The notes beneath the pieces are model-generated. The model searched no databases. It worked only from the letters and a program-made list of their open reading frames with translations, and was not told the DNA's origin. From the NCBI GenBank assembly GCA_963675755.2, contig CAXXMD010000003.1:2496001-2560000 (forward strand): a DNA stretch of 64,000 nucleotides, given 5' to 3'. This document shows, one piece after another, positions 48,903-59,149 of the stretch. Both the position numbers and the translations under genes were made by a program. Each line of letters opens with the position of its first letter. Positions within the stretch are counted from its first letter, which is position 1. This DNA is from a bacterium (GTDB taxonomy: Bacteria; Zhuqueibacterota; Zhuqueibacteria; Residuimicrobiales; Krinioviventaceae).

Positions 48903-51146
48903 TTATAACCTCCAGGCATAACCTATCTTGCAAAAAAATACCCTGTCAGTTTCATAAAGCGGGTCCATATTATCGCCAGTATAATTATCTGTATATCCCA
49001 GATATAATGCGGTTTGCGGATTGATTTTGTATGAAAACAGTAGTTGAGTAAAAAAAGATTTATCTATTGATTTTACGTCATCATCAATATAAAGAGATGA
49101 ATTCCTTTTATAATAACAGTATTGTAATATTGACCGGATGAACATGCGTTTACTGAATTGATATACAAGTTTTATATTACTGATATGCGCATTGTATAAT
49201 CTACCGGGTTGTACATCAAGATATTCGTATTTCTGTTCCCATTCTAAAGAAAAATGATTTCCCGGTTTTAAGACAAGGTTTGTATATAACAATAGTTTAC
49301 TGCCTGCACGCTCATTGCTGTAATCGATCTGGTCTCCATATTTGCACAAAAATTCAACTAGCAAGAGAGAAGAAGGGCGGACCATAGACCAGAATCTGAT
49401 AAAACTGGTAGGATACCGTTTGCCATTGTAATAATCAAAAGCATGCTCACCATAAATCGTTATATTTGTTTGGAATGGACCTTTATAAATGATCCTGCTG
49501 GTCCATGCACTGTGCAGAGGCAGGTACATCCAATCCCTTTTAATATCATGACTTGCATACCAGTTCAATACCGTAAACCAACTGCCGGGCCCTCGCTGCC
49601 ATTTCAGCATTCCACCCAACTCTTGATAACGTATTCCAACCTGGGTAATGAATCCCAAATCTGCTCTATACCCCGGAGCAAACTGTTGATACAATCCATA
49701 CAACATATAGTTGCGATTTTCATGATAATGACTTACCGATAACGCCGAGCCGTTTACATTGCCTGGATTTTGTTCAAATGCCTTTGAAATCGAATCCGGG
49801 TATTGGGTTGAGGAATTCAATATTTGAAAACGAAACTGATCTTGAGGTGTAAAACGCAATAATCCATCTATGCCACCCAAACGGTTGGAATAGTTATCAC
49901 CCTCTCTATCTGTCAGAATGATCCCAATATTTGAGGCGTTATAATCATATTTGTAGCGCAAGGCGGTACTGGTATTCTCTTTAAAGAGGGTACCGCTTTG
50001 GGATGATTGTTTTCCCGGAATGATTAGATTTGTAATATTGTCTCGCAGACTGAAAAATCCCACAGTATGTGGCCCTTCTTTACCCGTGAGTTTTATACCA
50101 AAATCGGGATCGGCAATCGCCCGGGTGTATACCGCGCTGGTATAGGTTTTAAAATAGTCTCCACTCTCTAAAAAGAAAGGGCGCTTTTCAGCATAGTTTA
50201 TGGCGTATTGACGGTTAATATCCAGGTGTTTATTATCCGCTTCAACCTGTGAAAAATCAGGATTCAGTGCGCCGTTCAAGGCAATATTCGGAGTCAAGCC
50301 AAGACGGGCGGAAACTCCTGCATCAACATCCTGCTGATCTGTGATCATGGGTGAACCATACCCGTCCTCTCTTGTTGTGCTGTGAATAGAAGATAAAGTG
50401 GGAGCAATCTCTAAATCACGACCTGGTTTAACGTTTTGAAAGCCTTTTAATTTTAAAGCCTGACATAAATAGCAATTGTTACTGCGGTCTCTGGGAAATG
50501 CACCAAAATAATGTCTCACGTTGCGGGGATAATTGCGTACGATATCGAATCCCCATACTTGTTCTTTCGTGTTTTGTTGAAATCCTAACGAGCTAAAGGG
50601 GATAGCCATTTCTACAATGTAACCGTCAGATGTTATCCTCCCATGTGAATCCCAAATACCTTCCCATGAAATAGTATTTCCGGTTGCGTCTTTTATCAAA
50701 TCTCCCTGAATGCCAAAGGGATTACAGTAAAAATTAGTGCTGCGCTGGTTATCATTAAAAGTATCAAATAAAACCATCACCCAATCGTCGCTGAAAATTT
50801 TATCCCGGTCACAGAAATGGGCCCTGATATCTTTTGGGGAAGGATCTTTGCAGATAAATCCTACATATACATAATCTTTGTCATACATTAATAGTGCCTG
50901 GGTTTGTATCGGTGCCGGAATGTTTTCACCTGGTTGCACTTCAATATCGGCATTGACTAAAAGAGCGTTTTTCCACTGTGGTTCATCAAGCTTTGCGTCA
51001 ATATGAATTCCTGATTTGACCTGGGGGATTTGCAAAGGATTTTCTGGATTTTCATGTGAAAGTGCGTTGACTGTAAAAAGTTGCAATAATATAAATAAAC
51101 TGATGATTTTGTAATATATGTTCATATACATAGTATAATACTCCAT
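48903..51146 (-). CDS. CBM9-like + DUF5916 outer-membrane protein
   Basis: IDAKLDEPQW, EMAIPFSSL and NPDFSQVEAD...EKRPFFLE. Confidence 0.82.
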   Translation of the reverse strand: MEYYTMYMNIYYKIISLFILLQLFTVNALSHENPENPLQIPQVKSGIHIDAKLDEPQWKNALLVNADIEVQPGENIPAPIQTQALLMYDKDYVYVGFICKDPSPKDIRAHFCDRDKIFSDDWVMVLFDTFNDNQRSTNFYCNPFGIQGDLIKDATGNTISWEGIWDSHGRITSDGYIVEMAIPFSSLGFQQNTKEQVWGFDIVRNYPRNVRHYFGAFPRDRSNNCYLCQALKLKGFQNVKPGRDLEIAPTLSSIHSTTREDGYGSPMITDQQDVDAGVSARLGLTPNIALNGALNPDFSQVEADNKHLDINRQYAINYAEKRPFFLESGDYFKTYTSAVYTRAIADPDFGIKLTGKEGPHTVGFFSLRDNITNLIIPGKQSSQSGTLFKENTSTALRYKYDYNASNIGIILTDREGDNYSNRLGGIDGLLRFTPQDQFRFQILNSSTQYPDSISKAFEQNPGNVNGSALSVSHYHENRNYMLYGLYQQFAPGYRADLGFITQVGIRYQELGGMLKWQRGPGSWFTVLNWYASHDIKRDWMYLPLHSAWTSRIIYKGPFQTNITIYGEHAFDYYNGKRYPTSFIRFWSMVRPSSLLLVEFLCKYGDQIDYSNERAGSKLLLYTNLVLKPGNHFSLEWEQKYEYLDVQPGRLYNAHISNIKLVYQFSKRMFIRSILQYCYYKRNSSLYIDDDVKSIDKSFFTQLLFSYKINPQTALYLGYTDNYTGDNMDPLYETDRVFFCKIGYAWRL

Positions 51147-51360
51147 TTTTCATCTGACAATTAACGGATTTTGTCAATAGGGTTTGGATATACGTCTCTC
51201 ATGATGTGCTTGGGCATAAAATCACACCTGGTATTTAATCAAGATATTTTAGAGCCTGTTATAAATCGGGGATGTTTTTAATCTTGTATGGATGTACCTC
51301 TCTTGTGAACCCATTCGGATAATGGGAAAGGTTTCTATACGCTATTAATGTTTTTATTTA

Positions 51361-51392
51361 AAAAGGGCCGGTGTTTAAGAATCCGACCCTTT
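51361..51392 (-). terminator. Probable terminator after the BlaI/M56 operon
   Basis: AAAGGG...CCCTTT imperfect stem with an A-run on the + strand. Confidence 0.5.
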
Positions 51393-51411
51393 GTTTGGAG
51401 TCTGAAGGAAG

Positions 51412-52935
51412 CTATTTGTCAAGGTTGTTAAAATCAACAAAATCTGCTGGATTAACGTTTTCATTATTTATCAGGATTTCAAAATGAAGGTGAGGGCCGG
51501 TTGATTTGCCTGTAGTGCCTACGGTACCGATTTTTTCACCAGCTTTGAGGGTTTGACCCAAAGTTACATTGATATCCTGCATATGAGAATACAGGGTCTG
51601 TATATTGTTTTCATGCTGAATAACAACATAGCGTCCCCGACCTTTGTTAATTGTATATTGAGTAACGACAGTAACTACGGTACCATCTGCCGAAGCCAAT
51701 ATGCTGGTTCCTTTTGGTGTTTTGATGTCAATCCCGGAATGGAACCTTTTCTTTTGTGTAAAAGGATCTATCTGATCTCCATAGTCTGCACTGATTCTGC
51801 CGGTTTCAAGCGGCAAAACAAACTCTGTTTGAAATGCAGATATTGATGATGGTTCTGCTTTCGATACTGATTCAGGCATCGGTGTTTCTGCCGACACCTT
51901 GGGCAGGTATACTGCCATTGGCAGGACTAATAGTCCCAGCAGCAGTACACCTACCCTGATGATGGTGTTGTTCGTTTTCATAAGCCTCCCTCTGCTTATT
52001 TGTTGTAAACGATTTTTTATGAATTGTGAATTACGTCCAAATTCTGGTAGTAATGCGATGCGGTTTGAAGCTGCAACATTAAATTTCAATACCTGAATTA
52101 AACCCATACCATATTGTTTCCTTGATAGAGCAGGATTCTTTAATACCATTTGATCACACAAAATTTCACGCGATTGGTTGAGTCTCATATTTGTATACCA
52201 TACCAATGGATTGAAGAAATAGATAACCTGAATCAGGTATTGGAGTTTTAACCACATATCGTCATAGCGTTTAATATGCGCGCACTCGTGCGCGATAACC
52301 GGTTCTACGGTCTTGAATTCTGATACTGCCAAAGCGTGGGGCAGGCATATCACTGGATTAATAATACCAATCGTAAAGGGAATATGATATCCTTTGGTCT
52401 CCATCAGTCTAATGTTTCGTTTAATGTTAAAATGACGCTTCCAGAAATCTACTGTATGTAATAACTGTTTGTCGTTCAGTAGAGTTGAGCGTTTAATTAA
52501 CAGACGATAATGTTCCAGTCTGACGAGTAGAACAACAAGAAACAGGAATATACCAATTAACCATATTGCGACGAGTGTGTTTTGTATTGTAATAATATTG
52601 TTTTCAAGATTAGGCACCTGTAACATGGCATTATCTGCTTCAGCAATAAAGGTATTGTCTGAAATGAGCAGATTGTTTTCAGCATTTACTTGTTTAGGTA
52701 TTACTTGATATATGGCTGAAACCAAATTCCTTGCACTCCAGGGGGCTGAAATATCTGTGGGGAGAACCAGCCGTATCAGCACCAGCGTCCATAATGCATA
52801 GTGCAGGTAAGGTGATTTTTTTCTAAAAACAAAAGATAGAAAAAGAACCAACAGGAAAACCAGACTTGAAAACAACACCTGTTCTTTTAAATACTCAAAT
52901 AGCTGGTGAGAGATAGTGAACAACATGGTTTGCAT
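51412..52935 (-). CDS. BlaR1-type M56 metallopeptidase fused to an M23 peptidase domain
   Basis: HECAH, FFNPLVW, REILCD; M23 HSGID and STGPHLHFE. Confidence 0.9.
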   Translation of the reverse strand: MQTMLFTISHQLFEYLKEQVLFSSLVFLLVLFLSFVFRKKSPYLHYALWTLVLIRLVLPTDISAPWSARNLVSAIYQVIPKQVNAENNLLISDNTFIAEADNAMLQVPNLENNIITIQNTLVAIWLIGIFLFLVVLLVRLEHYRLLIKRSTLLNDKQLLHTVDFWKRHFNIKRNIRLMETKGYHIPFTIGIINPVICLPHALAVSEFKTVEPVIAHECAHIKRYDDMWLKLQYLIQVIYFFNPLVWYTNMRLNQSREILCDQMVLKNPALSRKQYGMGLIQVLKFNVAASNRIALLPEFGRNSQFIKNRLQQISRGRLMKTNNTIIRVGVLLLGLLVLPMAVYLPKVSAETPMPESVSKAEPSSISAFQTEFVLPLETGRISADYGDQIDPFTQKKRFHSGIDIKTPKGTSILASADGTVVTVVTQYTINKGRGRYVVIQHENNIQTLYSHMQDINVTLGQTLKAGEKIGTVGTTGKSTGPHLHFEILINNENVNPADFVDFNNLDK

Positions 52936-53327
52936 CAGGATTCCTCCTCATCCAGGTTTTCAAGATAAGATTCAAGCTCTTGAATTTCTTCCGGGCTGAG
53001 AGTATTTGAATCTGCAAACATGGATACTACCTGGGCAGTTTCTGTTTCAAGCACACGGTCAGCAAAAAAACGGACAAAATGTGCTAATCCTGCAGGGCGC
53101 GAGATAAGGGGGGTATAAAGGAAAATACCATGAAAATCTTCACGTTTTAACAAGTTTTTATTAACCATACGGTCCATCATGGTTTTGGTTGTTGTGTATG
53201 CCCAGCCATAAGTAACTTGAAGCTGATCATGTGTTTCGCGAACGGTTTGTTTTCCGGTTTTCCAGAGAGTTCTTAAAATATCATATTCTGCCCTGGAGAG
53301 TTCTGGTAATGGTTTGTTCTGCGTCAT
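52935..53327 (-). CDS. BlaI/MecI/CopY family repressor
   Basis: LS.AE..I...LW, WAYTTTKTMMDRM.K winged HTH; coupled to the M56 gene. Confidence 0.9.
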   Translation of the reverse strand: MTQNKPLPELSRAEYDILRTLWKTGKQTVRETHDQLQVTYGWAYTTTKTMMDRMVNKNLLKREDFHGIFLYTPLISRPAGLAHFVRFFADRVLETETAQVVSMFADSNTLSPEEIQELESYLENLDEEES

Positions 53328-53355
53328 TGTTTAGTCCTGTTTATTTTTAACATGT

Positions 53356-53369
53356 CTACTAATTTGTAG
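53356..53369. promoter_or_regulatory. Putative BlaI-type operator
   Basis: CTAC-N6-GTAG palindrome just downstream of a minus-strand TTGACA (53402-53407)/TAAATT promoter. Confidence 0.5.
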
Positions 53370-53527
53370 TAGTATTGTTAATTTATAAAATTATTTGAAT
53401 TTGTCAAGTAATAATTACAAATTCTTTTTCTTTTTTATCCGGTTTTTGCAATATTTTTTGAATGTTTATTGAATTTTACTTACATTGTATCAAATTTATT
53501 ACAATATCTAAATCGGGAGTTTGGGTA

Positions 53528-54742
53528 ATGAAAATTAGAGAGATTGTTGGTGCAATTGGACCTGCTTTTATTATGGCCTCTGTAGTATTGGGCCCCGGTA
53601 GCATAACAACATCATCAAAAATTGGTGCTGATTATGGTTACCAACTGTTGTGGATTATTGTTCTCGCTGCTATTGCTATGGGTGCATATATTATGATGGC
53701 TGCCAGATTTGGTGTATCGCATGAAAAAAGTATATTAAATACTATTGCTGACTCTTATGGCCGCTGGTTTGCGGGATTAATTGGTATTTCCTGTTTTTTA
53801 ATGGCTTCCAGCTTTCAATTTGGCAATAATCTGGGTGTAGCAACAGCTATGCAAACCATTACAGGTATACCTGAACCGGTTTGGCCAATCATGTTTACTT
53901 CAATGGCCATTATTTTGGTATTTTATGCAAAAAATTTATACAAAGTTTTAGAAAAGCTTATGATGGTTTTGGTAATGACCATGATTGTAGCGTTTTTTAT
54001 TAACCTGGTATTTACCAAACCTGATTTAGCGGCAACAGCAAAAGGATTTATCCCTACAATTCCTAATCATGCTTATAACGAAGTTGCAGCATTGGTTGCA
54101 ACCACTTTTTGTCTGCATATAGCTATTTATCAATCCTATCTTGTTCAAAACAAGGGTTGGAAAATTGATGATTTAAAAAGCAGTATGCGGGATAATATTG
54201 CCGGAATTATCATGCTTGGTGGTATCAGTATGCTGATCATTATGACATCAGCTGCTGCACTGAATCCACGTGGCATTCATATCGCAACAGCTGCTGATAT
54301 GGCTATCCAGCTTGAGGCGCTTTTCGGTCCTTTTGCTAAAATCATATTCAGCATTGGTTTATGGGCAGCTGCATTTTCTTCTTTGACTGTAAATGCAGTT
54401 GTAGGAGGAGGATTAATGGCTGATGGTCTGGGATTAGGACGTACTATGGATGAAAAATGGCCCAAGATCTTTACAGTGTTTGGAATGTTGGTGGGAATGA
54501 TGATTGCCGTATTTTTTAAAGGTAATATTGTTCATGCATTGGTTCTGGCCCAAGCCTCGTCATTGTTTGCCGTTCCCGCTGTTGCAATTGGTTTGTTTAT
54601 GATTTTGAATAATAAAAAGGTTATGGGCAAGCTTGTAAATACCTGGCAGCAAAATATTGTAGCGGTTTTTGGTTTGTTTTTAATTATGATTATGGTTTGG
54701 CGCATGTATGAAAGATTGGTTGGTTTTCTGGGTCAGCTCTAG
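53528..54742 (+). CDS. Nramp-family (YcsG-like) transporter
   Basis: IGPAF...GPGSITT...G..YGY.LLW; about 11 TM; ATG 53528 follows GGGAG. Confidence 0.85.
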   Translation: MKIREIVGAIGPAFIMASVVLGPGSITTSSKIGADYGYQLLWIIVLAAIAMGAYIMMAARFGVSHEKSILNTIADSYGRWFAGLIGISCFLMASSFQFGNNLGVATAMQTITGIPEPVWPIMFTSMAIILVFYAKNLYKVLEKLMMVLVMTMIVAFFINLVFTKPDLAATAKGFIPTIPNHAYNEVAALVATTFCLHIAIYQSYLVQNKGWKIDDLKSSMRDNIAGIIMLGGISMLIIMTSAAALNPRGIHIATAADMAIQLEALFGPFAKIIFSIGLWAAAFSSLTVNAVVGGGLMADGLGLGRTMDEKWPKIFTVFGMLVGMMIAVFFKGNIVHALVLAQASSLFAVPAVAIGLFMILNNKKVMGKLVNTWQQNIVAVFGLFLIMIMVWRMYERLVGFLGQL

Positions 54743-54766
54743 ATTTTATATATTTTATTATAATTT

Positions 54767-54803
54767 AAAAGCCCTGTATCATTTTAAATGATGCAGGGCT
54801 TTT
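54767..54803 (+). terminator. Intrinsic terminator
   Basis: AAAAGCCCTGTATCATT/AATGATGCAGGGCTTTT. Confidence 0.75.
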
Positions 54804-54889
54804 CTCGTTTTGGGGCATTTGTTATCTGGATTAACCAGGAAATGGTATATATATTGCTATATATCTTTTGAGGTAAAGAGAGGTATGTT

Positions 54890-56002
54890 ATGTATTTAAA
54901 ATTTATTGAAAGACCTTCAAAAGATGCATTACTCCAAACCTTGAAAAAAGTAGAGGAAACTACTTTATATAAATCTGTATTGATTCTCGCAACTGCTAAT
55001 CTGGAAATGACGTCGGATGATTTTTTAAATGTATTTAATTCTCTGCATATTAAGGTGTTTGGAGGATTGTTCCCACAAGTTGTGTTTGAAGATCGGTCTT
55101 TTGAAACCGGTTTGATAGTAGCTGCATTTGAACAAGATGTTGAATTGATCAAGCTTGAAAATATTAGTGATCCGAATTTTAGTATTGAAACTTTTATTGA
55201 TTCAAATCAATCTATTGATTTCAATACCATGTTTGTTTTTATAGACGGACTTGCCAAGGGTATAAGCAATGTTATTGATGAGCTTTTTAACGAGTTTGGA
55301 CTGGATGTGAATTACATTGGGGGTGGTTCAGGTAACATGTCTATGCAGCAGGCACCTTGTTTGTTTACCAATGATTCTTTTTTTGATGATGGCGCTATTC
55401 TGGTCTTGATGTCAATTCAAAGCGGTATAGGTGTAAGCCATGGCTGGAAAGATTTGACAGGTCCCTTTAAAATTACAGATTCATTTCAAAATGTCATCAA
55501 AGCAATTAATGGCGAACCTGCTTTTGAACTTTATAAACGAGTTATTGCTCAATATACAGATTTGGAGATCACAGAAGAAGCATTTTATGATATTGCCAAG
55601 TCCTATCCATTTGGTATTACCATGTTAGATGATCACAGAATTGTAAGAGATCCTATTAAGGTTGTGGATGGGAAATATTTGGAATGTGTAGGTAATGTGC
55701 CCAATGGTTCTTTTGTTTATATTCTATCTGGAAACCGGGATGACTTGCTGTCTGCTGCCAAAGAAGCATTGAAAAAGGGAGAAATGAATTATAAAGGCAG
55801 CGATAAAAAAAGTTATATTTTTATAGATTGTATCTCCCGTACACTTTATTTAAAAGAATCCTTTCTTTACGAGATTACCACGGTTTATCATCCCGAGTAT
55901 CAAATGTTTGGGGCATTGACCATAGGTGAAATCAGTAATACAGGTAAAGAATATCTTGAATATTATAACAAAACTATTGTCGTTGGAGTAATTGAATCTT
56001 GA
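54890..56002 (+). CDS. FIST signal-transduction domain protein
   Basis: VFGGLFP, IGGGSG, HGW, DCISR and GALTIGEI. Confidence 0.85.
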   Translation: MYLKFIERPSKDALLQTLKKVEETTLYKSVLILATANLEMTSDDFLNVFNSLHIKVFGGLFPQVVFEDRSFETGLIVAAFEQDVELIKLENISDPNFSIETFIDSNQSIDFNTMFVFIDGLAKGISNVIDELFNEFGLDVNYIGGGSGNMSMQQAPCLFTNDSFFDDGAILVLMSIQSGIGVSHGWKDLTGPFKITDSFQNVIKAINGEPAFELYKRVIAQYTDLEITEEAFYDIAKSYPFGITMLDDHRIVRDPIKVVDGKYLECVGNVPNGSFVYILSGNRDDLLSAAKEALKKGEMNYKGSDKKSYIFIDCISRTLYLKESFLYEITTVYHPEYQMFGALTIGEISNTGKEYLEYYNKTIVVGVIES

Positions 56003-59000
56003 AAGATGATTTGACACAATGCATGCAAAATTGTTATGAAGTTGCTTTATCTATAGGGACGAGTCTCGATTTAGATAAAATGCTTAAAAATGCATTGTTG
56101 AAATATACCAAAAAACTGAATTGCTTTGCCGGGCTTGTACTGGAGGCTGTAGATAATAACAGATATAATGTAATATTTTCAATTCCTAAACGGAATATGA
56201 CATCTTTGATAGAGATGGCTGGCTTAACTCGTGTTCATGATGACGATGTCTATTCATTATCTGATAACGATATGCAATTTCCACATTTGGTAACCATTGA
56301 TAAAGATTATGTTCAATATATGAAATTGGATGATTTTGGTTTATTAATACTATTTAAATATGGTTCTCCCTTTAACCAGTTTATATTTGATTCATTAGCA
56401 CCATTAAATGCTAAGCTTGCTCATGCTTGCATTGCTGCAAGAACGAATGAAGCATTAAAAAAGGCAAACGAAGCATTGATTAAAAAAACGATTCACTTGA
56501 ATGAATCTCAAAATCAATTGCTTGACATGATGGATGTCAATGAAAAAACCCGTGAAGCATTGATTAAAAGTGAACGGAAATATCGTTCAATATTTGAAAA
56601 TATACAGGATATCTTTTATAGAACAGATAAAGATGGTATCATAACTGAAATAAGTCCATCAATTTATCGTTATTCTGGTTTCCCAAGAGATGAAGTGCTG
56701 GGTCAACCCGTTGATTTTTTTTACAAAAACAAAAAAGACAGAATAAAATTAGACCAGGCATTGCGTGCTGAAGGAGAAGTTACTGATTTTGAAGTAAGGT
56801 TGAGACATAAAGATGGTAAAGTAATTTACACATCTGTAAATGCCCACCTGTTGTTTGATCTGCACCGACGTCCTATTGGTATTGAAGGTTCCCTTAGAGA
56901 TGTGACAAATCGAAAATTAGTTGAGATGAAGCTTACCCAGAGTAAAGAGCAATTTCAAACCATTGTAAATTCATTACCACAGGGAATCATTACCATTGAT
57001 GCGGAAACCAAAAAAATTGTCAACTGTAATCCCAAAGCTTATGAAATGTTGAAAACAACAAATGAGAGAATGCTTGGCTCTCATTGTTACAACTTTTTTT
57101 GTCCTACACCCAAGAACTGCTGCCCGATTGATAGAAATATTGAAGTTGTTAATGATGAAAAATTTATAACCGCAGCAGATGGTGAAAAGATACCGGTTAT
57201 GAAAACGGTTGTTACTTTCCATGATAACAATAAAAAGTATTATCTTGAAAGTTTAATTGACATTCGAGACAAAGTTAAGGCAGATGAAGCATTAAAAACT
57301 TCAGAAAGCAAATACAGAAGTTTGGTAGAAAATATTCGTGATTTAATATTTACGATTAGCCCTGATGGAACAATAACCTATGTAAGCGATAGTATGGAAG
57401 AAATTTTGGGTTATTCTCCCGACTACTTTTTAGGCAGAAAATTATTAGATATTGTACCGGAAACAGAGCAACGAAGAGCTCAGGTATTGTTGAAAAAAGG
57501 ATTTAGTGGAAATAAAGTTACTCAATATCAGGTTAGTACCCGTCACAAAACTGGTGAACTGGTTTGGCTTGAAGTATCTTTTTCACGAATATGGAACAAT
57601 GAACAGATTGAAGGTGCGTTGGCAATTGCCAGGGATATTACAGAAAGAAAACGTTTTGAAAATGAACTGGTTAAAGCCAAAGAATCTGCAGAAGAAGCAA
57701 ATGAATCTAAAAGTAGGTTTTTAGCAAATATTAGTCATGAAATTAGAACCCCTATGAATTCTATAATTGGTTTTGGTGATCTTTTGGGTGATTTGTTAAG
57801 CGACAAGACACAGTTGGAATACTTGGGCGCTGTCAAGTCCAGTAGTCATGCACTTTTGGCCTTATTGAATGATATATTAGACTTGTCTAAAATTGAAGCA
57901 GGCAAAATGGAGCTGAAATATAAATTTATAGATATTTATGAATTTATAAATGATATAAATCAACAGTATATATTCGCAGCACAAAAAAAGAATGTAAAAT
58001 TTGAAGTAGAGATAGATCCTAAATTGCCGCATATGCTTTCAATTGATGAAGTACGTGTAAGACAAATATTGATAAATTTGATCGGGAATGCTATTAAATT
58101 TACTCATAAAGGTAAGGTTGTTGTTTCTATAGGTTTTGACAAAAATAATAAAACCGGCAAGTGTATAGATCTTGTCTTCAAAGTAAGTGATACAGGAATA
58201 GGCGTGCCTGAAGATCAATTTGAGAAAATTTTCCAATCTTTTGTTCAAAAAAGTGGTCAGGATAATCGAAAATACGGCGGTACCGGTTTAGGGCTTGCTA
58301 TTACAAAACGTTTAACTGAAATGATGAATGGCGATATAAGTATTGAAAGCAAGTTGAATGTAGGCAGTAGCTTTACAGTTCATTTGAAAAAAATTGAATA
58401 TCAGGAACATGCCGCAAGCCACAAAATTCTTGTTGATAATTATACAGATGTCGAATTTTTAGGGCAATCCATTTTGATTGTTGAAGATAATAATATGAAT
58501 CAACGTCTGATGAATAAATATTTTCAAGATTACAATTTAAACATCCGTCAGGCGATGAATGGTGTAAAAGCGATGAAGATTTTAAAAACCTTTACACCTT
58601 CATTGATTTTAATGGATCTACAAATGCCGGAAATGGATGGTTATGAAACCATACAGGAAATAAAAAAGATTGGAAGGCTTGAAGATATACCGGTTATCGC
58701 TTTTTCAGCCACCATGGTTTCAGATTCTAATCGTGAATTTATTGATAAATATTTTAACGAGTTTTTAAGAAAACCTGTCATTAAAAAGGATTTGATTCAT
58801 GCAATCAGCAAGTATCTGAATCATATCAAAGTTGATGAAAATAACACCAGGGTGGATCTGACTCAAAATGAATCGAATGTCATATTTGATCTGTCTGAAA
58901 CCAAAAATGAATTTTTTGATGCTCAATTTATAGAATATTGGAATGACATAAAAGAGACTATGGTTATTCAGGAGATAATTGATTTCACGAATAAAGTTGA

Positions 59001-59139
59001 AACCATATCAAAGGTTCAAAACGATATAGAACTGCAAAAATGGAGTGAAATGACCCGAAACGCAGCTAATAATTATCTTGTTGAAGATCTTGAAGAATTG
59101 ATAACAATTTTTGATGATTTTATAGGCGAAACCAACTAG
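55999..59139 (+). CDS. Multi-PAS hybrid histidine kinase with receiver domain
   Basis: Three PAS/PAC, FLANISHEIRTP, NLIGNAIKFT, GGTGLGL and receiver LMDLQMP. Confidence 0.93.
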   Translation: MKDDLTQCMQNCYEVALSIGTSLDLDKMLKNALLKYTKKLNCFAGLVLEAVDNNRYNVIFSIPKRNMTSLIEMAGLTRVHDDDVYSLSDNDMQFPHLVTIDKDYVQYMKLDDFGLLILFKYGSPFNQFIFDSLAPLNAKLAHACIAARTNEALKKANEALIKKTIHLNESQNQLLDMMDVNEKTREALIKSERKYRSIFENIQDIFYRTDKDGIITEISPSIYRYSGFPRDEVLGQPVDFFYKNKKDRIKLDQALRAEGEVTDFEVRLRHKDGKVIYTSVNAHLLFDLHRRPIGIEGSLRDVTNRKLVEMKLTQSKEQFQTIVNSLPQGIITIDAETKKIVNCNPKAYEMLKTTNERMLGSHCYNFFCPTPKNCCPIDRNIEVVNDEKFITAADGEKIPVMKTVVTFHDNNKKYYLESLIDIRDKVKADEALKTSESKYRSLVENIRDLIFTISPDGTITYVSDSMEEILGYSPDYFLGRKLLDIVPETEQRRAQVLLKKGFSGNKVTQYQVSTRHKTGELVWLEVSFSRIWNNEQIEGALAIARDITERKRFENELVKAKESAEEANESKSRFLANISHEIRTPMNSIIGFGDLLGDLLSDKTQLEYLGAVKSSSHALLALLNDILDLSKIEAGKMELKYKFIDIYEFINDINQQYIFAAQKKNVKFEVEIDPKLPHMLSIDEVRVRQILINLIGNAIKFTHKGKVVVSIGFDKNNKTGKCIDLVFKVSDTGIGVPEDQFEKIFQSFVQKSGQDNRKYGGTGLGLAITKRLTEMMNGDISIESKLNVGSSFTVHLKKIEYQEHAASHKILVDNYTDVEFLGQSILIVEDNNMNQRLMNKYFQDYNLNIRQAMNGVKAMKILKTFTPSLILMDLQMPEMDGYETIQEIKKIGRLEDIPVIAFSATMVSDSNREFIDKYFNEFLRKPVIKKDLIHAISKYLNHIKVDENNTRVDLTQNESNVIFDLSETKNEFFDAQFIEYWNDIKETMVIQEIIDFTNKVETISKVQNDIELQKWSEMTRNAANNYLVEDLEELITIFDDFIGETN

Positions 59140-59149
59140 GGGTGTTATT

